IMG/VR virus record: IMGVR_UViG_3300022745_000040
Span: 1 to 57,341 of that record
Source of the DNA: a virus
Taxonomy: Duplodnaviria; Caudoviricetes
Strand: one strand, 5' to 3'
DNA length: 57,341 bases
How positions within the stretch are numbered: position 1 is the stretch's first letter; the number at the start of each line of letters is the position of its first letter. Shown here piece by piece: positions 10,001 to 18,146 of the stretch. The translations under genes and the position numbers were made by a program. Under the pieces are notes generated by a model. It searched no databases. It had not been told where the DNA came from and saw nothing but the letters and a program-made list of their open reading frames with translations.

Positions 10001-10226
10001 ATCGCTAGAGTCTTCGGCGGGCAGCCTATATATAGAATCGGACCCTCTGTTTCAATGGCGTATTTTCCCAAAACGTCAAAAGTGCGAAGCATTTAGGTTC
10101 AAAATTGAAGATATTAACAGCGGCGTTCCTGGTGAGAGCTTTAGTTTAAGCAATTTTGCAGCAGAAATTGGCTTAAAACCAGCACTTTACAAAAAAGGAA
10201 CTGGAAACAGTGCAGGAACTACTTGA
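7080..10226 (+). CDS. Tail nozzle / stabilisation protein (P22 gp10 / T7 gp12-like)
   Basis: 1048 aa beta-rich; N-terminal GLDTKTD...NV....G.V.KR.G and C-terminal DVGC.NPNSV......MF...KGIY motifs. Confidence 0.72.
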   Translation: MALQKQTVRMSIVDGLDTKTDEKNVIPTRFLEADNVVYTRTGSVSKRYGYVPKPTNIYPTSSINVAGAALSTFKNELLQYNNGNLYTYGEGVSKWSNKGAYPSVAISEKVIKSQDTYLGNPDIAVGNGIKCIVYNSVAQFRDAATDSILSEINLGGDVAKVNFFNNNFVVTYTANNGGWRVYTSWISASDVSTIAGTLLLYIEPFGTGALLYLDTAISNNVLGVTFYASDENRIFCVGVSSSFTKLFQSVAWDNAAGEVTYFPSINAENNKFRIIYTRKQVSGIPSFETVLVTTSGSVSSNYTIAGYTSLTVTSAYPGIARAVGNTSPSDSTKTIVFAEYVIAESTTGGACLDTFALSGNNTVSAVSTIAHGYHIISKAINVGGTLQFCVTPRKYVRSAASSFVRTDSAYLMDAAGNIKARAFVDSVVYNDDGTLGGVDYKQLPAMVSVNGKYATVAVLVNDVVTAQTAFNGNTVNTKISEVDFDFSTAANFFDVEMLNNLHTSGSITMMYDGQQIVEHNFLQAPQTCSMPTTTSATLIQNSDATLTASINTTSGITTTGGSYSYAAVWSWTDSQGNLHRSYPTFLPPIALTATSGSNKWQVAINIQPLQPTFKSTVVLEIYRTELNGTTYYKTSGLSGYARNTNFKNYPYITVIDATPDATLISKETLYNTGGILENEAALPNVFMAPYKGRIFTILSDRKTLQYSKANGQGEPVEFNSALTVQLDQYGGDAVALGVIDDNLIVLKEEAIFVENGEGPLNTGEQNDYRRPALITTDVGCNNPNSVVRTPDGLMFSTNKGIYLLNRSMTVNYIGAPVEVYKNLNITSATLLESTNQVRFTTAEGTALVYDYLHRRWATFSNILAADAVMYSGMFTYLRNNTAETWVETKDVYTDNGAFIPMKLTSAWIAFGGNSSTGDMVQGIQGFERFYKMLLLGTYKSTCNFKVSMGYDYDINYTTSVTVTAGSILGTPVTTSLESSAGSLYIESDPLFQWRIFPKRQKCEAFRFKIEDINSGVPGESFSLSNFAAEIGLKPALYKKGTGNSAGTT

Positions 10227-10251
10227 CATTAAGCAGCTTCTGGCTTACAAT
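10223..10251 (+). promoter_or_regulatory. sigma70 promoter
   Basis: TTGACA-N17-TACAAT overlapping the nozzle stop codon. Confidence 0.75.
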
Positions 10252-10270
10252 TGTAAGCTGGAGGCGTACA

Positions 10271-10597
10271 GTGTGGGCTGCGTACATTAAGGAGCTTTAT
10301 GGAAAAGAAATGTTGGAAACGGAATATGGCTTTGCTACTTACTTTATCGTTCCTGGGACTTCTGTTTGTTACCTTGAAGACATTTTTGTGGCTCCTGAAC
10401 ATCGTAAATCAAGGGCCGGTACTGAGTTGGAAAACGCGGTCATTGAGTGGGCAAAAGAGCGCAAATGCACGGAAATAATGGGGTCTGCGGCTGTAGGGCT
10501 GCCGACTACGGAGCGCTCTGTGGCCGTTTTAATAGCGCGAGGATATAAGTTGAGTAAAGTTACTGAAACTATGTTATATTTTAAGAAAAACATATAA
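10271..10597 (+). CDS. GNAT-family acetyltransferase
   Basis: YLEDIFVAPEHRKSRAG acetyl-CoA motif and GY near the C-terminus; GTG start at 10271 after GGAGG. Confidence 0.8.
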   Translation: MWAAYIKELYGKEMLETEYGFATYFIVPGTSVCYLEDIFVAPEHRKSRAGTELENAVIEWAKERKCTEIMGSAAVGLPTTERSVAVLIARGYKLSKVTETMLYFKKNI

Positions 10598-10621
10598 GCT
10601 TTTGTATATTTGGAGGTTTTA

Positions 10622-11788
10622 GTGGGCGGTTTTAATCCGATTAGCAGCATTGTAAACATGGGAAAACAGGCGCTTGGTATGAATCCAGACGGACATACCG
10701 GAGACGCTCCAAATCAGGGCGGGTTAGCAGAGTCGCAAGGTCTAGCGCTAGACATGTCTAGGCAAGCAGCGGCAGACTACGGCGCGCAGAACCAGAACCG
10801 CGCAGACTTTGCCAATCAACTGGCTGACAAAGCTATGGGAAAAGGACCATCTATAGCTCAAGCTCAGTTGCAGCAAGCCCAAGATAGAACGCTGGCTCAG
10901 CAGGTCGCAGCGGCAAAAGCTAACAGAGCTGTGAACCCAGCGCTAGCAGCTCGCCAAGCAGCTATGGCAGGCGCACAAATGCAACAAGCAACGGCACAAC
11001 AATCAGCAATTGCCCGCATGCAGGAGCAGCAACAGCAACAAGGCGCTTATCAGAACTATTTAAACTCTTTGCAAAACGCTCGCTCTGCAGGCGTTGGGGC
11101 AGCTACTGGGTCAGGCTCAGCGCTCGCGGCAAACATTGCTCAGCACGATAAGTCTCAAAAAGACATGTATGGTAATTTGATGAATACTGGGGCAAATCTG
11201 GCAATGATGGCTATGAATAAAGGAGGAGTTGTCCCTGGCGCCCAAAAAAAATCGGAAGGCGGACTTGTAGAAGACTCTATGCAAGGCATTGCCCAAGCAT
11301 ACGCAGACGGAGGAGTAGTTGAAGTGGACGCCAGCAGCTCTGCACCACACGATTTTAACTACTACGCTAACATGTTTAAGCCATCATCAGACACCGGTCC
11401 AGATACGTCAAAAGCTGGCGGGCAAATTGGCAGCATTATTAAAAAAATGTCTGCACCCACTGGCGGCGGGACTGCTGTTGGAGGCCCTATGGGCGGAGCA
11501 ATGGCAAATCCTGGCCTGTCTACAGGCGCGGTTGTGCCAGGAAAAGCGGAAGTCAAAGGCGATTCGCCTACTAATGACACTGTGCCAGCGGTACTATCGC
11601 CTGGTGAAATGGTTATTCCTAGGTCAGTAGTTGCTGCCGGCGCTAAAGAGATTCACAACTTTGCAGCTGAATTGCTAAAGCGGCAGCAGGCAGATAAAAA
11701 AGCCGAAAGCTCTTCATTAGGCGCGGCTCTTGCTGCAAAAGCCCACGCTAATTCAAAGTCTCAAGCAGAAAAAAAGAAGGAGCGATAA
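10622..11788 (+). CDS. Putative ejection / DNA-pilot internal virion protein
   Basis: Gln/Ala/Gly-rich, repeated GGxV motifs and a DTVPAVLSPGEMVIP motif; GTG start after GGAGG. Confidence 0.6.
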   Translation: MGGFNPISSIVNMGKQALGMNPDGHTGDAPNQGGLAESQGLALDMSRQAAADYGAQNQNRADFANQLADKAMGKGPSIAQAQLQQAQDRTLAQQVAAAKANRAVNPALAARQAAMAGAQMQQATAQQSAIARMQEQQQQQGAYQNYLNSLQNARSAGVGAATGSGSALAANIAQHDKSQKDMYGNLMNTGANLAMMAMNKGGVVPGAQKKSEGGLVEDSMQGIAQAYADGGVVEVDASSSAPHDFNYYANMFKPSSDTGPDTSKAGGQIGSIIKKMSAPTGGGTAVGGPMGGAMANPGLSTGAVVPGKAEVKGDSPTNDTVPAVLSPGEMVIPRSVVAAGAKEIHNFAAELLKRQQADKKAESSSLGAALAAKAHANSKSQAEKKKER

Positions 11789-11789
11789 T

Positions 11790-13346
11790 ATGGCAGACGA
11801 CGCTTCAAACTTAGTAGCACAACCTATTCCCCCAGCTCAGTATGAAGGCTCTACGCTTCAATCTGCTATAAATGGAGTTGGTAATTTTTTTCACAATTTA
11901 AGTGATTTAAACAATTTGCCAGCGCAGCTTCCACACGCTGACCAAATACAGGCAAATCTTGCAGGCCAGCAATTAGTGCCTCAAGACCAGGCCGCGCCAG
12001 TAGCCGCGCAAGAGCCGCAGCAGCCACAACAGCAGCAGATGCAGCCGCAGCAGGCACAGCCACAAATTCAAACAGCGCCCGTAGATAAATCAGCGTTCGC
12101 ACCTAGACCAGAGGCGGAGAAGCCGCTGGACCTGCCAAAATTGCCCGAGTACGAAACGCTGAATAAACTTGAGCAGGCGCACAACGCTCGATTGTCTGGC
12201 ATTCAAGCAGAAGCAGATGCCGGGGCCGCAAAAGCTACAGCTACTTCTAACTACTTGAACCATTTAGATGCCGAGTACGCAAAAAGAGCGTCTCAGGTAG
12301 AGCGTTATCAGAAAGATGCTACGGCTAAAGCCGACGAGCAAATGAACGCGCTGAAAGGCATCCAGCAGCAGCTGCTAAACCCTTCAGACTCTGACAAACT
12401 TAATGCAAACAGAGCCAATCCTTTTGTAAACGGCACTACGAGCCAAAAACTGGCTGCAGGTATTGCTGTGGCTCTCGGCGGTATCGGCGGAGCGCTTACA
12501 GGCAAAGGTGGCAACGTTGGTCTCGACATGATTAATAAGGTCATCGACCGCGATATTGACGCGCAGAAATTTAATATCGAACGCGATTTAATGCGCAAGC
12601 GAGCCGGCATGGAAGTGTCGCAGAACTTGCTGCAAGATTTGCACCAGCAGTTTGGCGATAAAATGCACGCAGAAACTGCTCTTCGCGCTATTATGCTTGA
12701 AAAGGCAAAAAATCAACTAGATGCTATTGCTGGTCGTTATCAAGCGCCAGAAATTAAAGCAAAGGCGCAGCAACTTAGTGCGCAATTGTCTGCAGAACAA
12801 GCAACACAAGTTGGTCAGCTGAAGCAGTCTATTTATCAGCGTGAGTTTATGAACAAATTGATGCAAGGCCAGACGTCTGAGGACCTGCACCCGCAAGTCA
12901 TAAAAATGTTGCCTAAAGAATATCAAGAAACTTATGTTCCTAAATATGGTTTTGCACCGACAAAAGAAGACCGCGAGGCGTTTCAGAAGACGCGGGCGGA
13001 GCTAGAGCCGCTGCAAAAGGGAATTTCAGACGCTATTAACTATGCAAACAGTGCAAAGTTTAACAAGCTTTCGCCCACAGAACATACAAAGATGCAAACC
13101 ATGATTGGCCTCCAGTATGGTCCTATGCGAGAGTTAATGGGCTTTAAATCGCTGACGGACGCCGACCAAAAGTTTTTAGATAAAATTGTAGGTCACCCAG
13201 AAAGTTTAACGTCTTTGAAGTCTATAGAAGTTGAAAAATTGAAAACCCTGCTGAAAAACACAAACCAAAAATTAAACATGGAAGCAAAAATCCGTGGACT
13301 TCAGCCAAAAAATAATGTAGACTTAGGATTTAAACCATCGAGGTAA
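11790..13346 (+). CDS. Putative internal virion (ejection) protein
   Basis: Helical Gln-rich protein with a Gly-rich hydrophobic segment (LAAGIAVALGGIGGALTG); ATG at 11790 after AGGAG. Confidence 0.55.
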   Translation: MADDASNLVAQPIPPAQYEGSTLQSAINGVGNFFHNLSDLNNLPAQLPHADQIQANLAGQQLVPQDQAAPVAAQEPQQPQQQQMQPQQAQPQIQTAPVDKSAFAPRPEAEKPLDLPKLPEYETLNKLEQAHNARLSGIQAEADAGAAKATATSNYLNHLDAEYAKRASQVERYQKDATAKADEQMNALKGIQQQLLNPSDSDKLNANRANPFVNGTTSQKLAAGIAVALGGIGGALTGKGGNVGLDMINKVIDRDIDAQKFNIERDLMRKRAGMEVSQNLLQDLHQQFGDKMHAETALRAIMLEKAKNQLDAIAGRYQAPEIKAKAQQLSAQLSAEQATQVGQLKQSIYQREFMNKLMQGQTSEDLHPQVIKMLPKEYQETYVPKYGFAPTKEDREAFQKTRAELEPLQKGISDAINYANSAKFNKLSPTEHTKMQTMIGLQYGPMRELMGFKSLTDADQKFLDKIVGHPESLTSLKSIEVEKLKTLLKNTNQKLNMEAKIRGLQPKNNVDLGFKPSR

Positions 13347-13349
13347 TAC

Positions 13350-15788
13350 ATGGACGAAACTCCAATAGTTAATACGGCGCAAGCGGGCGAGCCGTCTACT
13401 CCGCTTTATGACCACGTTAATAATGCTGTTGTGAACGTGCCGCTGTCTGATTTGCAAACTAAGCTGGCTACAGGCAATTATACAATGCACAACGACGAAG
13501 AGCTGCACGTCATTTCTCCAGACGGCGAGGCTGGAACGTTGCCGGCTGCCAATGCTTATAAAGCTATAAAATCTGGCTACACGGTTGAAGACGCACATCA
13601 ACGCGCTGACCGTATTTTAAACGAAAAGTACGGCGACAGTGAGGGCACTGCGGCAGTTTTAGGTGCTGCCCGAGGCATGACTGGCGGCCTATCAGACTTG
13701 GCCCTTAGAAAGCTCGGCGTTCCTGCAGAGACATTAAGCGGCTTAGCAGAAGCAAATCCTGTAGCATCTGGTTTGGGCGAATACGGCACTATGGCTGCCA
13801 GCATGTTTACAGGTCTAGGCGAGGCCAATATCGGTATTAAAGCTGCCGAAGGTGCTGGCGCAGTAATGGAAAAAACGCTGGCAAAAGGCTTAACAAAAGC
13901 TACCGAGAAACTGGGCGCTAGTGGCTCAGTTGCAAAATCACTTGCCGCTAAAATCATTCCAACGGCTACAAAAATGGCCGCTGAAGGCGCGGTATTTGCG
14001 GCGGAAGACTTAATCTCTGAACATGCTTTAGGCCACGCAGATTTTAACGCTGAAAATATTATGGCGACGTTGGGCACCGGAGCGCTTATTGGCGCGGTCG
14101 GCGGCGGCGCGCTGCATGGCGTTTTAGGTGCGGCGGAAGCTGTTGGTTCTAGAGTTGCTGAAGGCGTTGGTGCAAAAGCTGAAGGTCTTTTGGATAAGTC
14201 TAAAGCGGGCGCAGAGTTGTTAGGCTTTGACACGCCGTCAAAAATTTCTAAGCTGCAAGAAAGAAATCCTAAGTTTTACAACGAGCTTCCAGAATATTTA
14301 AAAAATGATATTGGGCTTACGATAAAAGACAGCCCGCAAGAAGTTTTAAATAAGATTGAAGCTTCACATAAGGCAGCTGGTGAAAAAATCGGCCAAATAT
14401 CTGATGATGTGCAAGCCGTAATGGAAGCAGCACACCCAGGAACAATGCCCACAAAAACAGAAGTATTTGGTGACATGGCTAAAAAACTTCGAGAAGAGTT
14501 TGTAAAACCAGCCGAGGGCGTTCCTGGTTATGAGCATATTTTAAAACCTGTTAATGAGTATATTACAAAATTGGAAGAGCAGGCTGCTATTGGCGGCGAG
14601 TTAAATATTAAAGATTTGATGAAACTGCGACAGCAGACTGATGCCCTTATTAAGTATGAAAAAGTTCCTGGTCAATTTACAATGAAAGAAAATATGTTGT
14701 ATAAGGCACGAACAATGTTAAGAGAAGAGATTTATAACATTGCAGATGCTGCAGCAACTGTAGATTCTAGGGCCGCAAAAATGAGTTCTGAGTTGAAAGC
14801 CGCTAACCGACTTTACAGCAATGCAGAAACTATTTTTGATAATTTAGAGAAAAAAATTGATAAAGATAAGCTGGTATCGTTTAAAGACATGGTATTTGGT
14901 CACCTAATGACTGGCAGCAAGCTCGGGGCAATTTTAGGCTCCGCTAAAGTTTTTGCAGATTCAGACCTGCGTCGCAAAATGGTCGTATTGTCGCAGATTG
15001 AAAAATCGCAGCAGACTATTGGCAAATCCATGGAGAAAGCGGTTAAAAACTTTTTCTTAAAGACTAAGGAGACCGTTGCTCCATTAACGCTTAAAGGCAT
15101 GACTGGGACCGCGCTGTCTTTGGGCGATAACGGCAGAAAACCAAAGACTCGGCAAGAAGCGTTTTTAAACATTCAAGATAATTTACACGCAGCAGTAGCA
15201 GACCCAGACCGGGCGTTAGAGCGCTCTAATAAGCGAACTGCCGGCCTATATGCCGTGGCCCCAGCGACTTCAACAGCCCTAGACGCCGCAGCGCTACGAG
15301 GTGCGTCTTTCTTACAGTCGAAGCTGCCTAAGCAGGCGTCGGCGCCCAGCGCAATTGACGTGCTTAAGCGGCCAAAACTGCCATCAAACTTCGAAATGGC
15401 TAAATTTGAGCGTTACGTAGATGCAGTCGAAAACCCAATCCACGTTCTAAACGAGCTTGGTCACGGTAAATTGACACATGAACATGTAGAAGCGCTGCAA
15501 GCCGTTTATCCAAATTTGTACAAAAAGCTGGTAGACCACGTTACAGACGTTGTTACTAAGAAGCCTGACGCAGTGCCTTACAATAAGCGCATTGCACTAA
15601 GCACGCTGCTAGGAGTGTCTCTAGATGAGTCAATGCTGCCCCAGAATTTATTAGCGCTGCAAGGTAATTTCCAATCCCAGCCTGAATCTGGCGACGCCGG
15701 AACGCCGGTAATTAAACCGAACCAAAAAGGCTTGCAAAATCTAGGAAAAGCTGACAGAATGGCCGTAGATACTAAAACGGAGGTATGA
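13350..15788 (+). CDS. Putative large internal virion (ejection) protein
   Basis: 812 aa with Gly/Ala-rich amphipathic segments, third gene of the post-nozzle trio. Confidence 0.55.
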   Translation: MDETPIVNTAQAGEPSTPLYDHVNNAVVNVPLSDLQTKLATGNYTMHNDEELHVISPDGEAGTLPAANAYKAIKSGYTVEDAHQRADRILNEKYGDSEGTAAVLGAARGMTGGLSDLALRKLGVPAETLSGLAEANPVASGLGEYGTMAASMFTGLGEANIGIKAAEGAGAVMEKTLAKGLTKATEKLGASGSVAKSLAAKIIPTATKMAAEGAVFAAEDLISEHALGHADFNAENIMATLGTGALIGAVGGGALHGVLGAAEAVGSRVAEGVGAKAEGLLDKSKAGAELLGFDTPSKISKLQERNPKFYNELPEYLKNDIGLTIKDSPQEVLNKIEASHKAAGEKIGQISDDVQAVMEAAHPGTMPTKTEVFGDMAKKLREEFVKPAEGVPGYEHILKPVNEYITKLEEQAAIGGELNIKDLMKLRQQTDALIKYEKVPGQFTMKENMLYKARTMLREEIYNIADAAATVDSRAAKMSSELKAANRLYSNAETIFDNLEKKIDKDKLVSFKDMVFGHLMTGSKLGAILGSAKVFADSDLRRKMVVLSQIEKSQQTIGKSMEKAVKNFFLKTKETVAPLTLKGMTGTALSLGDNGRKPKTRQEAFLNIQDNLHAAVADPDRALERSNKRTAGLYAVAPATSTALDAAALRGASFLQSKLPKQASAPSAIDVLKRPKLPSNFEMAKFERYVDAVENPIHVLNELGHGKLTHEHVEALQAVYPNLYKKLVDHVTDVVTKKPDAVPYNKRIALSTLLGVSLDESMLPQNLLALQGNFQSQPESGDAGTPVIKPNQKGLQNLGKADRMAVDTKTEV

Positions 15789-15789
15789 T

Positions 15790-15900
15790 ATGGCTAAGAT
15801 AGGGATAGCGGCAGCAATTGTGATGTTATCGGCACTTGTTGCTAGTATCTATGGTGTTAGTGGCTTTGCAATTTTAATCTGTTTAAAGCTTTTACTGTAA
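15790..15900 (+). CDS. Small hydrophobic peptide (36 aa), absent from the ORF track
   Basis: MAKIGIAAAIVMLSALVASIYGVSGFAILICLKLLL, GGAGG RBS upstream, fills the intergenic gap. Confidence 0.55.
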   Translation: MAKIGIAAAIVMLSALVASIYGVSGFAILICLKLLL

Positions 15901-15901
15901 C

Positions 15902-15923
15902 CAAACGCGGTTGCCTTTATGAG
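15902..15923 (+). promoter_or_regulatory. Putative phage late-promoter motif
   Basis: CAAACG-N10-TATGAG in front of the tail-appendage cluster. Confidence 0.55.
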
Positions 15924-15964
15924 CTTTTAGGTTTATAAGACCTTTAACCCATAAAGGAGATTTC

Positions 15965-16309
15965 GTGGCACGTAAGAGTCTTGTCCACAGCTATAAAATG
16001 CTTAATGCAGTAGCTGCTGGGTCTAATCAAACGTCGGCAGCTACAAACGTAGAACAAATCGACAAATTATCTATTCATTGCTTGTTTTCGGCAGCCGCTA
16101 GCGGTACTTTTGTTGTCCAAGCCCGAAACGGGTCTTCTGACAGCTGGTACAACCTTGTTTTTGGTGCGGCCTTGACTATAACCTCAGAAACAGACGTTCA
16201 AATACTACTAAATGAGTGCCCTTTTACAGACATTAGGCTGCTTTGGGCGCCTTCTTCTGCTTCTGGAACGCTGACTGCTACTTTAACCATGAAATCTGTG
16301 GGGGCGTAA
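15965..16309 (+). CDS. Small beta-sandwich virion protein (paralog family)
   Basis: GTG start after AAGGAG; shares a pattern with the 20103 and 20472 proteins. Confidence 0.65.
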   Translation: MARKSLVHSYKMLNAVAAGSNQTSAATNVEQIDKLSIHCLFSAAASGTFVVQARNGSSDSWYNLVFGAALTITSETDVQILLNECPFTDIRLLWAPSSASGTLTATLTMKSVGA

Positions 16310-16564
16310 ATGGCTACTGTTTTTACATACCCAGCTTCTCAAGCTTCTATTCCGGGCGTTGCGACTGATGCTACACTAAGTGCGCTATCAGCTAAAACGG
16401 CCAGCGCCTTGGTAACCGTGCCTTACGACAACACGGTTGTTACTTATGTTGGTTCGACCAGCCTTATTTCTACGGTTGTTTACAAACTTGGTGCTACTAC
16501 GGTCGCTACAGTTACTTTGGGCTACGACGGTTCTAACAGACTGACTTCAGTCGTAAGGACATAA
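16310..16564 (+). CDS. Small virion protein
   Basis: Thr/Val-rich, ends VATVTLGYDGSNRLTSVVRT. Confidence 0.6.
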   Translation: MATVFTYPASQASIPGVATDATLSALSAKTASALVTVPYDNTVVTYVGSTSLISTVVYKLGATTVATVTLGYDGSNRLTSVVRT

Positions 16565-16565
16565 C

Positions 16566-18137
16566 ATGGGCAAAAGTTTTCAACTTAATCCGCTTACGGG
16601 TAATTTAGACCTCATAAGCGAAGTGTCTATTGGCACGGCTAACGGCTTATCGGTTACTGCGGACCAGGCGCTGTCTTTGGCTGCGGCGGACACTTCAACT
16701 ACTGGAGCGCTGACATCCACAGACTGGAACGCGTTTAATAACAAAGCTAATAGCGCTCTTAACAATCTGACTACTACTGCTATAAACGCTGATTTACTGC
16801 CAGCACCTAGCAGTACTTATTCCCTCGGTAGCACAACTGCAGCTTGGGCAAATATTTACGGCGATATTATTGTTTCTAATTCTGAGCTTCACGTTAACAG
16901 AATTTTGCGTTTCTACGACTACACCAACACTTTTGTTGGCGGTATCTGGGACATTGCAGACGGCACGGCGGGTCTCGTAGACTCTGCTATTCATACTTCT
17001 TTAAATTTTGGCCATAGAACGCTTGTTCGAACTGATGGCACTACTACGGCACTGGACTGGTCTGTTCCTGGAACGCTAAATGCGTCTGGCAGTGTTGTTT
17101 CCAATTTAGGAACGCCGACTAATCCAGACGATGCGGCGCCAAAGACTTATGTTGATTCAGCAATTTTAGGCGTTACTTCGCTTTATGGCGCGGCTAACGG
17201 TATTGCAACGCTTGACGGCAGCGGTCTTATTCCAATTACACAAATTCCTCCTTCAGCTATTGAGCGACTAGTGATAGTTGCTAATCAGGCAGCGCGATTT
17301 GCGCTCACGACTGCGACCGTTCAGAACGGCGACACAGTTAAGCAGACAGACACTGGTGAAATGTGGTACGTTTACGACCAGACCCAGCTGTCTTCAAACG
17401 CCGGATACCGAGTGTACACTGCAGGCACGGCAAGCAGCGTTCCTTATTCCGGAGTCACTGGTGTGCCAACAGCATCTGGCTCTACTACTGGCGTTTTAAC
17501 TTCTACAGACTGGACAACTTTTAACAACAAAGTGTCTTCGGTAGCTGCCACTGTTCCAGGTTTTTTATCTATAAGCGGTTCGCCAATTACGTCTTCTGGT
17601 ACGCTGGCAATTAGCTATAGCGGCACAGCGCTTCCAGTTGCCAACGGCGGAACAAATTCTACTACGGCTTTAAACAATAACCGCGTTATGGTATCGTCTG
17701 GCGGAGCTATTGTTGAAACTGCAGCAATTACGGCAAATAGGGCGCTGGCATCTAACGCTTCTGGCCTTCCGGTTGCGTCTGCTACTACGGACACAGAACT
17801 TGGGTACGTAAGCGGCGTTACTTCGGCTATACAGACGCAGCTTAATGCAAAGCAGAATATATTGCAGGCAGTAACTACGCAGACCGGGACTACGTATAGC
17901 GCGACTACGACTGACAACGTGATTTTGGCGAACCCATCTGCAACGCAGACTATCACGCTTTACACTGCTGTCGGAAACACTGGCCGAACTGTTACTATTA
18001 AAAACATTTCTTCGCAAATTGTTATTATTGCAACTACTAGCGCTCAAACAATTGACGGAGCTTCACAGCGAACCTTGACAACCCAATATGACGGGGTTAC
18101 ACTGGTTTCTGACGGTTCCAACTGGTACATTATTTAA
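16566..18137 (+). CDS. Tail fibre protein
   Basis: Thr/Ser/Gly-rich, NLGTPT..DAA.K.YVD and LPVANGGT fibre motifs, internal repeat TTG.LTSTDW..FNNK twice. Confidence 0.75.
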   Translation: MGKSFQLNPLTGNLDLISEVSIGTANGLSVTADQALSLAAADTSTTGALTSTDWNAFNNKANSALNNLTTTAINADLLPAPSSTYSLGSTTAAWANIYGDIIVSNSELHVNRILRFYDYTNTFVGGIWDIADGTAGLVDSAIHTSLNFGHRTLVRTDGTTTALDWSVPGTLNASGSVVSNLGTPTNPDDAAPKTYVDSAILGVTSLYGAANGIATLDGSGLIPITQIPPSAIERLVIVANQAARFALTTATVQNGDTVKQTDTGEMWYVYDQTQLSSNAGYRVYTAGTASSVPYSGVTGVPTASGSTTGVLTSTDWTTFNNKVSSVAATVPGFLSISGSPITSSGTLAISYSGTALPVANGGTNSTTALNNNRVMVSSGGAIVETAAITANRALASNASGLPVASATTDTELGYVSGVTSAIQTQLNAKQNILQAVTTQTGTTYSATTTDNVILANPSATQTITLYTAVGNTGRTVTIKNISSQIVIIATTSAQTIDGASQRTLTTQYDGVTLVSDGSNWYII

Positions 18138-18146
18138 GGAGTATAC

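Noticed and set aside
13598-14233. 211-aa antisense ORF and similar opposite-strand ORFs across the genome
   Set aside because: They are shadow frames of well-supported genes, with no RBS or domain signal
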